This document shows, one piece after another, positions 16,693-34,018 of a stretch of 64,000 bases of DNA. Source of the stretch: the human T2T-CHM13v2.0 reference genome, Homo sapiens; NCBI RefSeq assembly GCF_009914755.1, contig NC_060927.1; one strand, written 5' to 3'. Position 1 is the first letter of the stretch. Every line of letters begins with the position of its first letter. The position numbers and the translations under genes are program-made. Below the pieces are notes generated by a model that worked only from the letters and a program-made list of their open reading frames with translations, was not told the origin of the DNA and searched no databases.

Positions 16693-17744
16693 TTGTATTT
16701 GGTGACAGAAACAGCATGATCTGGTTCCTGACTCACTCAGCCTCTCCCTGGCCCCAAAATAGCTCCTGAAATGCTTTTTCAAGCCCCTAGGGCTCCATGA
16801 AGCACAGTCTTAAAAACACTGTCTTTTTTATTAGTCGACAGCATGAACAAGTAACAGTAGAAACAAGTTTAACCAAAATGTCCAGAACTGACAAGAATTT
16901 ATAGTAAGTTAGAAAAAATAAAGGCAAGCATACAGACTTTCAGAAACATAGATATCTCTCCTGAAAAATCTCCCAGAAGTGATAGCCATGAGTCAAATAT
17001 TACATTTACCTTTGAAAGTCCAAACTGTAGTGAGTTATCCATAACCTTCTGTGGTTCCACCCAATTTTGTGTTTTGCATGTTTTGAGAGAAATGCAGAAT
17101 TTCCTGTAGGGTGCTGTGGTTTTCATTGCTTGGTTGATGTTGTGAACATCCAGGGCCAGCTTTCCTCAAGTTCAAAGACAGGAAAACACAAGACACCAAT
17201 GAAGAAGTTACAAACCTCCCAATACTCTAGTGACCCTGACTTAGAAGGGCCAGGTAGCTGAAAACAGTGACCTGATCAGTCAGAGAAAGTAGAATGGGAC
17301 CTCTTTAGCACTAATACTTGAAAGAACATGCTACAGCCTCATGTCATGTGCTAGACAAGACATTGGAGCTCCCAAAAAATTGCCTGGGTACAGCAGTCAG
17401 TGCAGCCCAGGAAGCTTGTGCAGTTGAGGACACTGAAAAGGTAGAGTGCCAAGGGACCCATCCATAGGTCAAAGTGGGCACATGGTGAACTCTCAAGATG
17501 AGGAGCTTAGTTGTAGCTTTGCTGAGTTCATGGAGAAGACAGGACATGCAATTCATTTATTAAAGTGCCAAAAAGTTGAAAGAATCATGGCTTTGTGTCC
17601 TGACTTTCCTGGTCGCATTCTCTCATCTACATAGCAGATGGACTCCCCTCTGGGCTGACAACCTTAGTATGGTTTATATGGCTTGAATTAGTAAATGCTA
17701 CTCCAAGGTATTGCCATTCCATTTGTCTTCACCCATAGATTTCT

Positions 17745-18125
<381 letters not shown>

Positions 18126-20004
18126 TGAGTCTTGCAAACAACAGAGGAGGTGGGTAGGAGAATAGGAAATACTTTAAAGAATCGGAGAGGACATCTCTTC
18201 AATCTGAGGTAGCAGCTATGTTTGATTTCATTTTTCCACTGCTCCGAATGATCTTCTCTTCAAATCATGTGACTTATGAGATAGTGACAGATAACACAGG
18301 AGTTCATGATTGCTGCATCATTTTCATCTAGAAAGATCTCAGTGCAACTTGTAAGATTTATATCGCTTTCTAGCTGTGAGTTACAAATTCAACAATATAC
18401 TTTTGCAACAGCACTTTAAAGACAGATAACCTCAACATTTCGCAAAATAATTTTGAAATAATATGTTTGAACATCAACTCTGATGCTGTTAAAGGAACCT
18501 AGCAGATGTGTCTTTAATTTAAAGCAATAGACTCTTTCATTAAAACTCTGGAAAGGGCTGGGGACCATTCTTTCTACTTTAGATACACGTGAAATTTAGG
18601 CCCAGAAATGTTAGAAGGTGTTGTAAATTCTGTGACTACACTCCAATTTTCTAGGTTGCTGACCTTTCACCTGTCCATTAAATTAGGGTTCATTCAAATG
18701 GAGTTTTTTTCAGAGGTAAGATCTTTCATAGTTTTTCATACCACAAAATGTTCTATCCCCACTTAGAGAATTAAAACAAACAAACAAAAAACAGGTAAAA
18801 CTTGACATAGGGGTAAGAAAATTAAACCACCTTTTGTTATTTTGAGATTTCCAAACCAAGTCTGTGCTGTCCTAAAAAGTACTACCACCTACAATATTAA
18901 GTTATAGGGGAAAGACTTTTTTAAATATTAATTGTCCTTCTAGATTATTCTTCTTTCAACCAGAAGACCTAAAAACTGAATATGGACTTAATGAAGATGT
19001 CAGATGCTATTTACCTTAGAGTTGGGAGTGCTAGAATCTTAAAATCATTTCATTTTGATTGCCTCCCTAGGAAAGATGATAAGGAGTGACAGAGAGGGAG
19101 CTTTGTAGGTCATAGGGTCATAATGAAATGTTCATTTCCATATGCAGAGCCTGAAGATTGAGAAGGGAGGAAGTAGTGAATTGCTTGATAGAACATCTTG
19201 CAGTTGACGTATCTGTTGGGCAGTTGGTAACCTAAGAGGAAGCACATCCAGGTGGGATGAAGAGAAAATTGGTGAAGATGATGTGAGATTTATTTTCATT
19301 CTCTCAGGTCAGGGAAAAAGATCCAGGAAGGGAAAAAGCATGCAAGTAAAGCAACCTCTGTTGCAAATTATGCTACAAACTCCTAATTACACCATATAAA
19401 AGAATTTACGTACTTTTGATGAAAGCTTAGGCTTGGCTTGGCATCAAAGGGAGGTGAAAAGTTTGGGATTCCAGTCAACACTTATGCTCCCCTTCTTTGA
19501 TGCCACAAAGATGGATCACAGTCTCTAAAGGCAAGAAGATGCATTTTGCCAAAACTAACCTATCTTGACTCATGATGGGTATGAAACCTCAAAATTATGA
19601 TTTTATAATGAGTTTGCACAGTCATTAGGAAAAATATGATAGTTTTACCACATAGGCCCACCAGGGTTTATTCCACTGGATTTCAGTTTGTAATGCAAAC
19701 ACTGTGATCAGGAGTATTTTCATGAAAGACTCAATGTTCTTCATTTTTAAGGTTTTCAAAGTATTCATATATCACAATTGTCTAGTTACCACAGTGGTTT
19801 AGGGTCCTGGATTAAAGAGGGCAAGGTCAAAAGTTTGATCTCTTTAGGTCAGCTGGCCTTTCTCACTTCCATGTCACTGCCAGAATGAATAAGAGCTGCC
19901 TGGTCCTAAAATATATGTAGTTTTTTACCTTCTTATACATGCTGACTACTATGATTAGCATATAATCAATACCCATAATTCTTTCTGGAAGTTTTGTTTA
20001 CAAA

Positions 20005-20372
20005 TTCATTAAAAAAATATTTATTGAGCAATATATTAGGCATCACCCCACTTTATCTTCAACTAGACAACTCTTCATCCTCTTTTAAAGTCTAAGAAAA
20101 TATCATTTCCTCTGAGGGGTCTTCCCTAACACTCCTCTCACACAATCACTGACTAGTTTCCCCGTTCTACACTCCTGAGACACAGTGACTTCTCCTATGT
20201 AACACTATTATAATTTTAACAAAATAATCAGCTATTATTTATTTAATGTCAATTTCTCCCACAATTGGGTGGAGAGGTTGAACAGGGCTCTTCTCTTTTA
20301 TTTATGACACATCTTCGCTATCTAGCAAAATGTCTGGCATATAAAATATTCTTTGGATTAGATGAATGAACG
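20005..20372. mobile_element. L2 fragments
   Basis: tttattgagca; aaatatcatttcctctgaggggtcttccct; ...aatgtctggcatataaaatatt...gatgaatgaacgaa (L2 3' end). Confidence 0.6.
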
Positions 20373-20710
20373 AAAGGTTGTGATATAAAGACCAAAGATT
20401 CAACAGGTGTTCTGCCAGGACCAGAGACTGTGAAAATGGGCTAGAAGCTGCTGCTCTAAAACCTAGTGTGTATGTGGTTGGGGCAAAGGAGTGGGAAAAG
20501 AGTACACCAGGAGGAGAAGCAATATGACACAGAAACTCAGTGAGGAAACTTAGGGAAGACACTAAGGAATATGCTGCTAATTTGCACAGTAGACATATTT
20601 ATGAAATTTTACTTTTTTGAGAAATTAACCCATTTTCCTCTTGATATACACTATGAATTCTAAGACATGGATGCACACACACATTTAAAAACTGTATTTA
20701 AGAGTGCATA

Positions 20711-21084
<374 letters not shown>

Positions 21085-23459
21085 TCAAATACTTTACCAA
21101 ATGTTCTGCAACACAGAGAACTTAGAAACTTCCTGGAATCAGAGATGTGGGAAAGAAAAAAATCTCTTATTTCTGGAGAAACACTTAGGGCAATTTTTTA
21201 AAAAAAGAAATACATTAAAAGAAGCAGTTTTAAGCAAGTGTTTCTTATATCTTTTACTTTCTGATTTCTTTCTGAACCAGATGAAAAGTACCAACTGAGA
21301 AGTCTAAGTCTGCTGCTTCAAATTTTCTTACATTTGCAATGAGAAGATGCAGTCTTTTTATGAGTTCTGCCCTCCCTATTGTTTTTGCCTTAGTATTCTC
21401 CAGGCTTCATGGATTTAAGCCATGTAATAGCTGGCAGAGCCTTATCGATGACCTGTTCCAGCTTTATCACTTTGCAGTTGAAGAAAACAGAGGGGTGGAG
21501 AGAATTGCCTATGCTAGTTGCTGGCAACTAGAACCCAGGCCTCTGTACTCCCTGTCTGTCCAGTATTCTTTCCCTGGACCACACAGTCTCCCAGGATGAG
21601 CTGTGTTTGTGTGTGTTTTGGAAAAGGGTGGATGAGAGGATGGGACAATGCCCAAGATTTGAGACTGACCAATCACTTATATGACCATGACCAGCATTAG
21701 GCCAAAAGGATCCAGACTCCCATGCATCCTAAGGAGCCAAAGGACATAATAATGTTTTAGCATAGAAATGAGAAGACTTGAAATGCTGCCTGATGTCTGC
21801 AAAAGAGCTTCTGACATCCTAAAGGAACTCAGATCTGGAATCACTATCCTAAAAAAACAAAAGTGTCAGGAAAAGCATTTGGAATATTAGTTTGTTATTT
21901 ATTGAATTTGCAGAATTAGGTCTGCATCAAATCAACATTTGGAGAGTATATTTTCCACCATCCTTAAAGTGTATTTTGAGAATATGATCAATAACAGATA
22001 AAAGTAATACCAGACAGAAAAATGAATACCTCCCCAGACCTCCTCATCTGTACATCACTCCCATTTCATTAAATAAAGAAGATGATAAGATATAGAAGCC
22101 AGATTGGAAAAGAGACAGCCAGGGCCATTTTACCACTTCAATGACATGATAGAAGTCTTGTAAAACATGCAAATGAGTGTAGGCCCACAAAGCATCACCT
22201 AATGAAGACGAATGTATGTGAAACCACCTAAGCAAAGGTGGCATATAATGAATGGCAAAACACTGAACCAAGCTCTTCTGTGCTAAGGAGCTGCAGAGAG
22301 CTGACTTTCATCTCATTGTGAAGTAAATAGAGAGTTGAGACCTGGCAATGTGCTTGGTCAGCTCACCCCTGGAGCTCAGCACATCTGGGCTCTGACTTTA
22401 CAAAGAAAAGCAAAGAACAATGTAAACCTCATAGTCTTTTGGCCCAAAAGATCCTTCAACCCGTTCCCAATCTGTCAGGGTGCTAATCTGTTTTGAACAT
22501 TTGGTCCTTCTTTCCAGAATGTCTTCCCAGAGTAACCCAACCCTTCCTCCAAACTGCCAGTACAGCCTGACTTCTGTGCTTCTCTCAGCTGGAATTCTAC
22601 TGCACACACATCTGGCTGGTTGGCTTGTTTCCCTGGTAATTTAGAAGCTGCTTGAAAAAATCTGACTTTTAAACATGCATATTGGTCAGTGGTCTCCAAT
22701 GCTTTGCCTTGTGAGTGTTCATTTTAAAACTGTGGCTTCCTATACATAATACCTGTGAAAAAATGCTGGTATCTACTGGGCAAGAAGTTATTGTGTTCTC
22801 TCTAAACCCTCTCAAAACTATGGCTATCATATAGACTTGGAGGTAGTGAGGCTTGTGGGGAACAGAAGGTAAAAGAGAAAAAGATGCTTTATCATTTAAA
22901 TGGTCCTAAGAAACTAATTTACACGCTCTATTTTTAATCTCTCATATAACTATAACCTGTATACAACTAGGCCCAGTCACTCTTGCTTTGAAGCCAGGTG
23001 CAACCAAGGGTAACAGTTAAATCGCATCACTCTGACTCAGAAAGCTTTCAAGAATTTACTAGATCTTTGTTGTAATTTCCTTAAAACTTTCTAAACATCC
23101 TTTTTAGACATGTTTTCTTCTGCCTAAGTTTTATGTTGCCATCAGCACCTTCCCTCAAATTTTAGCAGATAAAGTCCCTCGACCTAGTTATATATCAAAG
23201 AACACGTTGATGGAATGAAGGGGAGCCATGTAAATTATTTCATTGTTTAGCTTAATTAACATTTATTGAGCACCAGCTGTGTACCACTCACTGTTTTAAG
23301 CTTCATGGTTACAAAGATAAATAAGACATAAGACACAATCCCTGCTTATTGATGATGAAACAGCAGGGCAGGCAACATCACTGTCTCCATTTTATAGGAA
23401 AGAATCTACACTCAGAGGTTAAGGGAGACATACAGCTGGTGGTGGTGACATATGAACTA

Positions 23460-23911
<452 letters not shown>

Positions 23912-23996
23912 TTATAGTTAGTTAAAAATCATGAACTGTCATAAAAATAATAGTCATAGTCAACTTGGAATTTGAAATGGCTTTCTATATACTATA

Positions 23997-24511
23997 TGAG
24001 ACAAAGTAGCAAAGAAGCCATGTTTGCCCATTTCCATTTGCTATTATAATTTCACAGAGCCTCTGACTCTATGATGATATGCAGCTCTTTTGAAAGATGT
24101 TTTGAAGACAAAACACGGAGAGCACACACCTCCCTCCCACCTCACGTCTTTTGCCTGAGTCACTACATTTCGTAAAAGATAAATGACCCTCATCCTTGCC
24201 TTTTCCTGGACATAAGATAATGTCTGACAGAGTTAGTGATTATGCTTCTGTAATCTACAACCAGATGTCTTTTTACACCCAAACTTCGAGGTGATTCTGC
24301 TTTAATATAACTTCAGAGCAAGTTTTATGTGATTTCACAAGTACAGAACCCCTACCACATGTACATAAGCTGTAGGCTAAAATATTGTGCTGAAACAGTC
24401 TGACAGAACTGCCCTGGGGCTATAGACGGTAGTCTATAGTCCTCAGTAAGACTTCTGAATAAAATTAACTTTAATTCTCTAAAAGCTTGATTTTTTTTTC
24501 TTTAGTCAACA
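23997..24511 (+). mobile_element. ERV1 solo LTR, MER67-like
   Basis: tgagacaaagtagc...aataaa...ctttagtcaaca with TG/CA ends and a poly(A) signal. Family name from recall. Confidence 0.6.
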
Positions 24512-24540
24512 GATATATTTACTCAGTTGAGCTTCTATAG

Positions 24541-24733
24541 CAGTGCTGTCTAATAGAACTTTCTGAAAAAATTGAAATACTCTGTGCCGCCCAGTGGAGT
24601 AATCACTAGCCACATGCAACTACTAAGCCCTTGAAATGTGGCTGGTGCAACTGAGAAACTGAATTATTTTATTTTAATAAATTTAAATGTAAAATCTTCA
24701 CATGACTAGCAGCTGCTGTATTAAACAGCACAG
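24541..24733. mobile_element. MER3 (hAT-Charlie)
   Basis: cagtgctgtctaatagaactttctg...cactagccacatg...ttaaacagcacag. Confidence 0.75.
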
Positions 24734-26547
24734 CTCTATAATGTGCAGATAATGCTAACATTGGGGGTGACCAAGGATCACCTCTTACTGAAGGATAATC
24801 TTCCCCTTAACAGATAGAAGGGATATTTAACAGATATTTAATGTATTTTAATATTTTGGGGGGGGGGTGCAGGTTCAAGTATGGTTGAAAGAGAAACAGA
24901 CAAATGTGCTAACAGGCAGCCTTTCATGAAACAAAATAAGTGACAGTGACCATCATTTCACATGCTGGTCACTGGAAGGAGACGGATGATCTATCTGCAG
25001 AGACAGGCAGTTATACTTGCAGCGATAGAGAAAATAAGCTTGTGCTTAGAGAAGTCTGTTTCTAAATGAAAGGCTTGGCTATTTTTATCTGTTTAAGCCT
25101 AGACATATTACTGAATATTAATAAGCTCTGCGGTCTGAAATGAAGTGGTTAAAGGTGGGAGGGAGAGACATATTTTTCTTCCTTTTAATAAGAGACAAGC
25201 AAACCTGAAACTTTAAGTCTTTATCTATGCACACCAGAAAAATATTTCAGTCCTTAAAGCTTCAAGAGTTGGCTCAACAGAGAGCAAGGTGGGTTTTTTT
25301 CTGGTATCACTTATTCCCATAATCCTCTGACTTGCACATTGTAGTATCTAAGGATTTTTCTAATGAAAGCACAACTGATTTTTCTTATTCATTTTTCATT
25401 TCCACACTACAAGAATATCCAAGCTGCTCAGTGTAACAATATTCCACCTAAGCCAAGGATGCTGGGGAGATTTGGTGACCAGGGCCCAGATAATGTAATA
25501 ATAAAAGAGAAATTTATAAAGAAATCACTTTCACCAGATCCTTTCCACCAGCCCACTGGGACATGATCAAACAGAGGACGAACAGAAGCCAACACACATG
25601 AAGCTCTAAGGGCATCATAATTTTCTTCCCTTAATTATAAGAAATTATTCTGAACATACAAGACACAGCATATGGTAATATAAAGGTAACAGCATATGAG
25701 TTTTTAACCAGTTTTGATATGGTGACATCACTACCTGTTTTCTGTTTCTCTTTGCTTCTTTGCAAGGGAAGGGGTAATTAAACCCATTCTAGGAGGGAGG
25801 GAACTTTCTCTGCTCCCACTTGGTTCCCATCACTCCCCACACCCAGGAGGGAAGGTAAATATTTCTTATTCCCTTCTAGGAAGTGTATGATGACTAAGCA
25901 TCCTTAGAAGTTAGCTTTTAGTTGTTAGTGATTTGAGCTCTGGATTTCAGTTATGGAGGATAATTGCACCAGAGAAAATAAAATAGTACAGGGCTTTGAG
26001 CCTGAAGGATAAAGGGTCCAGAGCTGGCACTCTGGAAAGTACTAAAAGTTGGGGATAATGAGCAAAAGGAAAGGGGAGTTACTAGATGGGGAGAATTATC
26101 TGGGAAAACAGGTTGGGGCAGAGAAAGTGGGTAAAGGGGCATTGAACAGGAAATATAGGGTGAACAATTGGAAAATAGTCTTGAACATGAGAATCATAGT
26201 TTTCTCAACTTACCACTCAGTGTTCTTGTAAGTGAGAATCATCTTAAAATCTGTGCGCAAGACCTCAGGGGGACTATTTCTCCATCTGTATCATGACTTC
26301 ACTAAATTGACTGCCTGATGGGCACAGCAACCATTCTTGCCATAGAATGTTATGCTCTTTGTGGTGGCACTCTATGAGCCACCTTGCCACTACATTCCAA
26401 AACACCTTAAGCCTGAGGGGCTCCCTGGAATCTTCCACGGGTCATAGGGAAGAGGCTCTCCAACTGTATGTGGAAAGATTGGGTGGCAGAAGTTTACATG
26501 TAGGCTGGGATAGAGACCTTTAAATGGAAAGCTCTGTAACGTTAAGT

Positions 26548-27197
26548 ATAGTCAACCACTGATTGCTTCTCTAGTATCTATTCCCTTTTCCATCTTTTCC
26601 AAACAGATCCCAAATATTTTTAGGTGTCCACTACCCCTTTTCTTTGTAGTCCTTGTTACTTAGGGGAAGCTGACCCTATTCCCAGTTTGGGGGTGGCTTC
26701 TTATCGATCCAAGCATGGTTATCCCATCCCCATTGTCAGTGATTGGTCCAGGATCCAGGCTTAAGCCAATTATCTCATGGTATTCCCTCTTGTTTCAGCT
26801 ACTGGTCCAGGGCTGGGGAGTGTGAACTACCTGGGGCACTGGCCCAGTTAGATAAAAGGAAATGACTTTTATTTCAAGATTGGAAGAGATGCGATTGCTC
26901 TATCCTGCTGGACATAAAAAAAAAAAGCATATCTCCTTGATTCCTAATGGCAGCTATCTTATAATCCCATATAACTCCAATAACCTTATAACATATTATA
27001 ATCCCCTAAAATTGAGGAGGCAACCTTAAGATGTTCAAAAGCTGTGAGACAGAGAGAAATGGAAAATATCACAATGTCTGAAGACTTTGTTGAGTCACGA
27101 ACTCAGCCATTTTTGCAGCCCACCCTACCTACGGATTTATTCATTTCCTTGCTTAAATTAATTTTCTTGCAGTTTTCTACTACTTGTAGCTGAAAAC
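26548..27197 (+). mobile_element. Old MLT1 (J/K-like) MaLR LTR
   Basis: ggggaagctgaccc..., and a 3' end ...ttttctactacttgtagctgaaa. Confidence 0.55.
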
Positions 27198-27834
27198 TGG
27201 CTTAAAATGTTCATTACAAACACCCAGGAAGCTGGTAGGGAAAATTACTTTTCTATTAAAATAAAACCCAGAACTTTCAATGACTATCCAGAAATGAAAA
27301 TCCAGTGTAGAAGTAGGGAGCTTATTAAACAGCTCCAATTTTATCCCTCCAAATCTCACACTTCTACATGGGGTTCTCCGAAGTTAGACACTGTAGCCAC
27401 CACCATATTTGGACCCAGAGGAGTGTAAATTACCTTTTAAAGTCTGCTATAGATACAATCAAGCTGTAACTTCCAAGACGGCTTTGTTACATGCCAAGAG
27501 AGAACAACAGGGACACAAGCAAATAATATACCAGTGGATCAAATTTGTCTGACTTTCGAAGTACCACATAATTGTTCCATAGCTAGCTGGGGCCTGGGTT
27601 TACAGACCTTGTCCTAATATCTGAGATGTTTACCAAAAGTTGACCCAGCTTCACATGGGATCCTACTCAGGTTTCTAATTTCCTCCTAATTGACCTCAAC
27701 ATAGACAGCACCATTTTAAAATTTGTCCCTCCAGAGTTCCCTCTTAAAACTTTGACAAATTTTAATGTAAGATTTCCACTTGAGTTCTAGTCAAGAGAGC
27801 CTATGTGTTTGTCAGAGTCTGACTCAAGAACCAT

Positions 27835-27990
27835 CCACAGTAGGATCTCCAGGGATTATCACTTAAAATGCAGATTCCTGAGCCCCAGGCTAACGATTGT
27901 GATTCAGTAAGGCTTGAGTGGCACCCAGGAATCTACATTTTAGCCAGTTTGTTCAGTGATTGTTCCCAAGATAAAAATTTAAAGCTCTGT
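27835..27990. mobile_element. MER5A-like DNA transposon
   Basis: aaaatgcagattcctgagcccc...gattcagtaag...cccaggaatctacatttt. Confidence 0.65.
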
Positions 27991-29072
27991 TTTAAGAATA
28001 GCTTTAAATTCTCCAAAACTAGCAGTAAAGGTAGCCTGTATATCATGCTATCATGAAACAAACACACAAATACAGTTCTCCACAAATGTACATATAGTAG
28101 CTATTTTGGACTTTTAAATCTGGCTTATAGCTGCAGTTGTATAAGCCATTTTCTATATCCTCTTTTTTTTTCTTAACCAATCCAAATATATGCTTTTTTT
28201 TTTTAACCAGAAGAATGATTACAACATGACAAAATGTTTGTTCTCTCTTGCATTTAAAGAATTATTGTGAAAGTCCATATATACATTTCTTTGTAAAATG
28301 GGAATTTCACAAGAAGTATATGGAACGATATATCTAAGGCTGATCATAGAGTTTTGATGGAAATAATTTTATTTACAATAAATTTTAAAGAGTGCTAAAC
28401 ACATATTGGAAACAGAATGCTAACACATTAGAATGCAAGGGTGACCAAAAAGAAAAAGAAAAAGTAGTTCAAGAAGTGACCAGTCTGCATGCCAAGCTCA
28501 TGCCTCCCCATAACATAATAAGAAGGGCCCTGCTATGGCAACATATCTCCTCAGCCATCTAGTCGCCCATCCACCCACCCATTGTTTTCTTTTTCCACAT
28601 CACATTTTTTTAATTTATTATGTTTCAGGTTGCTATAACCTTACATCTTTATGTGGAAGCACATGATTTAAGTAGCACATAAATCTACTGTGAACAGTTT
28701 ATTTGAATGCATGTAATTGTTATTTAGGTGGAATGCCTCTGCTGTAATGACACCCAGGTCAGATAAGTTTCACTTGGTTCTCCCAGAAGCAGTTGTCAAG
28801 ACAAAGATTTAAGTACTAGCAATTTATTTGATGTCATAGCCAAGGAATCAAGGGTCAGGGAGAGGTGAAGTGAAATAGAGAAAAGAAAAAAGAATAACGG
28901 GGTGTGATAATGAGCCATTTACTTCTGTGGCAACTGGGACTTATCCCACAGGGGACCTCTAGGACACTACACATAACACATCTCAGAGTTTTCCCAACCA
29001 AGGTGTAAGGAACTGGGGTATTTATCCACCAACTGCCTTTCATCATTGGTTGAGGGATGCTCCAGGGACATC

Positions 29073-29834
<762 letters not shown>

Positions 29835-30385
29835 GACATCATCTTTCCAAGAACTTCCATTGCCCTTCTTGTATGGTGTTGAGTGTCCTGGGTCTCAGGA
29901 GCTTGGAGTAGAAAGCCACCAGCATGTAAGGAACTAGTGAGTGCTGAGAGGATATGGGTTGGGCACCAACAGTGTCTGCTGCAGTCCAGCCTTTGTATCA
30001 CTCAGATTCCTTTGGGTCCCATGTTAAATGGACACAATCCTGACACTGATTTTTCAGGAGATGATTGGTCAGAATTTCAAAAGAGGGGAAAAAAAAGAAG
30101 AAAGACAACAGAAAGTTTAATAGGGTAAGATACAATCTAGACAGCTGCAGTTGATCCCAAAGTCACCCCTGATAATTGCTATCTCCCTCTTCTACCCCTT
30201 GTTTAGCAGTCCTGCTAGTCTAGGTTGTTTGCTTCGTGTGATAACATACACTTTTCATTCCTGGGGGATCTGAGTCCCTGATTACTATGCTCTTGTTAAA
30301 CTATGACTGCTTGAATTACCTGGTCATAAGGATCACAGTGCATGAACTCAATAAAAAGTGCCCCAATGAATTTACTGAGTTCTAG

Positions 30386-30745
<360 letters not shown>

Positions 30746-30874
30746 AAGCAATCTGATTTATTTACAGTAATCAGGACCAATGACCACTCCCACTATAGTA
30801 ATTCTCGTCTTTACTGTTGATCTATTAGTATGTGGAATCCAAAATGATTAGGAGGAAGTTATATCTTTAGGTAA

Positions 30875-31365
30875 GAAGATCTCAAAGAGAGGTCTGAAGA
30901 GCCCTGAGAGTTCCCAGTGACAGAGGTCCACTATTTTCAACTGCGTATCTGCAAGAGACCAAATTTTCTTCATGTACTTAAACAAAAACAACATATCACA
31001 GCAGAGTGAATACTGAAGCCGATATGAGAATCTATCTCCTATTAAACCAGATATTTAAAGGTTTTGTGAAAATATAAAACAATGGCATTCTCTCATTAAA
31101 CCTTTTTGGTTTGGAAATAATTTATTTTTCATTAAAATGTGTTATTTATAATAACGTAATGGGTTTACTATGGTTATTTTAAAATAACCATATTTATTTA
31201 CATTTTAAATACTAAAATTTATTTACATTTTAAAATACTAAAGAAAATTTTTAGTTTTAATTATGAATAGGGTATTTAGTGGTAGAGAAAAACCCACACA
31301 AATAAAACTCATTGGTCTGCAAAGAGTGTAAAAGATCCCTGAGAGCAAAGTATGTGAGACCTCTG
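30875..31365. mobile_element. hAT-Charlie DNA transposon fragment (Charlie4-like)
   Basis: gccgatatgagaatc...tattaaaccagatatttaaag...aaacaatggcattc...gtgagacctctg. Confidence 0.6.
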
Positions 31366-31420
31366 CTTTAGTTTTAATGGCACACTGACAGTATTCCCTA
31401 ATAATTGTGACTCTTCCCTG

Positions 31421-31849
31421 TGTTAAAAGAAAACTTCGGACAAATTAAATTGTACGGAGTTTAATTGAGCAAGAAAACAAAATGATGCACTAATCAGGCA
31501 GCCTCCAGAATCACAGCAGATTCAGAGAGACTCCAGGGATGCCTCGTGGTCAGAACAAATTTACAGACAAAAAAAAACGGAAAGTGACGTACAGAAATTG
31601 GAAGTGAGGTACAAAACGGCTGGATTGGTTATAGGTTGGTGTTTGCCTTACTTGAACACAGTTTGAACACTCACAGCAGTGTATGAGTGGTTGACGTACT
31701 GCTGCTGGGATTGGCCAAGACTTAACTAACTTAGTCCTAAGTTAGGTTTCAATCATGTTTGCCTATTAAGTTGTGTTCCGGTTGGTCCACAGGGACTCAA
31801 ATGTAGAACTACGGAGTCCTTCTCAGGCCATATTTAGTTCACTTTAACA
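31421..31849 (-). mobile_element. MER57 solo LTR
   Basis: tgttaaaagaaaac...ggccatatttagttcactttaaca. Perfect TSD cctg. Confidence 0.8.
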
Positions 31850-31998
31850 CCTGTGAACTAGTACCTCCACTGCAGCAGAGCCTAAAAGTGCTAGAATGGA
31901 AGTACAAATGTCCTGAGAGGGTCACTGGGAGTGACAGTGAGAGGAATCACTCCTTCTGCCACTGGTTTCTTGACCTACGTGTTATAACTTTTGAGTCA

Positions 31999-32472
<474 letters not shown>

Positions 32473-32798
32473 TTAAAATTATGTAACATGGTTTATCTTT
32501 ATTCTTTGTTTAATTTTTTTCTTTTGCTCTGCCTATGTCATTTTAAAATTCTTTTACATTTTTTGAGATATAATTGAAGTACACTTCACACATTAAAAGT
32601 GTATAAGTTGATGAGTTTTGACATATTATACACCCTTAAAGTCATCGCAAAAATCAAGATAACAAACATTTCCATTACTTCCAAAAGTTTTCTTCATGCC
32701 TGTTTGTGATCCATTCCTCCATCCACCACTGTCCCCAGGCAACCACTGATCTGTTTTGTCACTGTAGATTACATTTTTTCTATAATTTTATGTAAATG

Positions 32799-33164
32799 TG
32801 TTAAAAAATATTAATTACAAGACCTTTAGGCTGAGGTAGCTCCAGGGCTCTGGGTCCCTACATAAGCAAACCAAAACCCAACTCACTGTAAATAAAACAA
32901 AGCTTAACCAATCAGAAACTAGCAACTAACCTCTTATTAGGGACTTTCCACTGGAATGATCCAAACAAGGTTACTGCTCCACTTTGACCAATTTTTAAAA
33001 ACTGTTTTGCCTTGCTTCCTCATTTAGTCTATAAAAGTGTTTCCCTCATAACCCTTTGGGGAAGCCTCCAAACCACTTGTGGTCTGGAGTTGCCTGATTC
33101 ATGACTCCCTGTTTGCTGAAATAAACTCTTGAATATTTTAATGTGCCTCAGTTTATTTTTAACA
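32799..33164 (+). mobile_element. MER93-like ERV1 solo LTR
   Basis: tgttaaaaaatattaatt...aaccaatcag...tataaaa...aataaa...tttttaaca. Confidence 0.65.
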
Positions 33165-33241
33165 AATTAAATGATATTAATATGTGCTCTTTTTTTGCTT
33201 GGATTCCTTAACTCAGCATAATTATTTTGAGATTTAGGCAC

Positions 33242-33615
33242 TGATATGGGTTGGCTGTGTCCTCACCCAAATCTTATCTTGAATTGTAGTTCCCATAATC
33301 CCCACATGCCGCAAGGGGTCCTGGTGGGAGGTAATTTAATCATGGGAGTGGTTAACCTCATGCTGTTCTCGTGATAGTGAGTGAGTTTTCATGAGTTCTG
33401 ATGGCTTTATAAGGGGATTTTCCCCCTTTTGTTTAAGACTTCTCCTTCCTGCCATCATGTGAAGAAGGACGTGTTTGCTTCCCTTTCTGCCATGATTGTA
33501 AGTTTCCTGAGGCCTCCTCAGCCATGCGGAACTGTGAGTCAATTAAACCTCTTTTCTTTATAAGTTACCAAGTCTCAGGCAGTTCTTTACAGCAGCATGG
33601 GAATGGACTAATACA
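33242..33615 (+). mobile_element. THE1 (THE1C-like) MaLR solo LTR
   Basis: tgatatgggttggctgtgtcctcacccaaatc...gactaataca. 5-bp TSD ggcac/tgcac. Confidence 0.9.
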
Positions 33616-33684
33616 TGCACATTGTTACATATCTCAACAATTTATCCATTTTACCATCGAGTAGTTTCCCAGTGTATGAATATA

Positions 33685-34018
33685 AAGTCATGTGCTGAAT
33701 TACAGTGCCTTGGTCAAGAACAGACCACATATATGACAGTGGTCTTATAAGATTATAATACTGTTTTTTACTGTACCTTTTCTGTGGTTAGATACACAAA
33801 TACTTATCATTGTGTTAAAATTTCCCACAGTATTTAGTATAGTAATATATTGTACAGGTGTGTAGCCTAGGAGCAATGGGTTACAGCATATAGCCTAGGT
33901 GTGTAGTAGGCTATACCATGCAGGTTTTTCTAAGTACATATGATGTTTGCACAAAGATAAAATTGCCTAATGACACATTTCTTGGAATATATCAATTTCA
34001 TTAAGTGATGCATGGCTG
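33685..34018. mobile_element. Tigger3a/MER7A DNA transposon
   Basis: TIRs aagtcatgtg.../...gcatggctg flanked by TA. Contains agcctaggtgtgtagtaggctatacc. Confidence 0.8.

Noticed and set aside
17150-17640. Unique-looking stretch that might be a processed pseudogene
   Set aside because: No recognisable protein in any frame, and no poly(A) or TSD.
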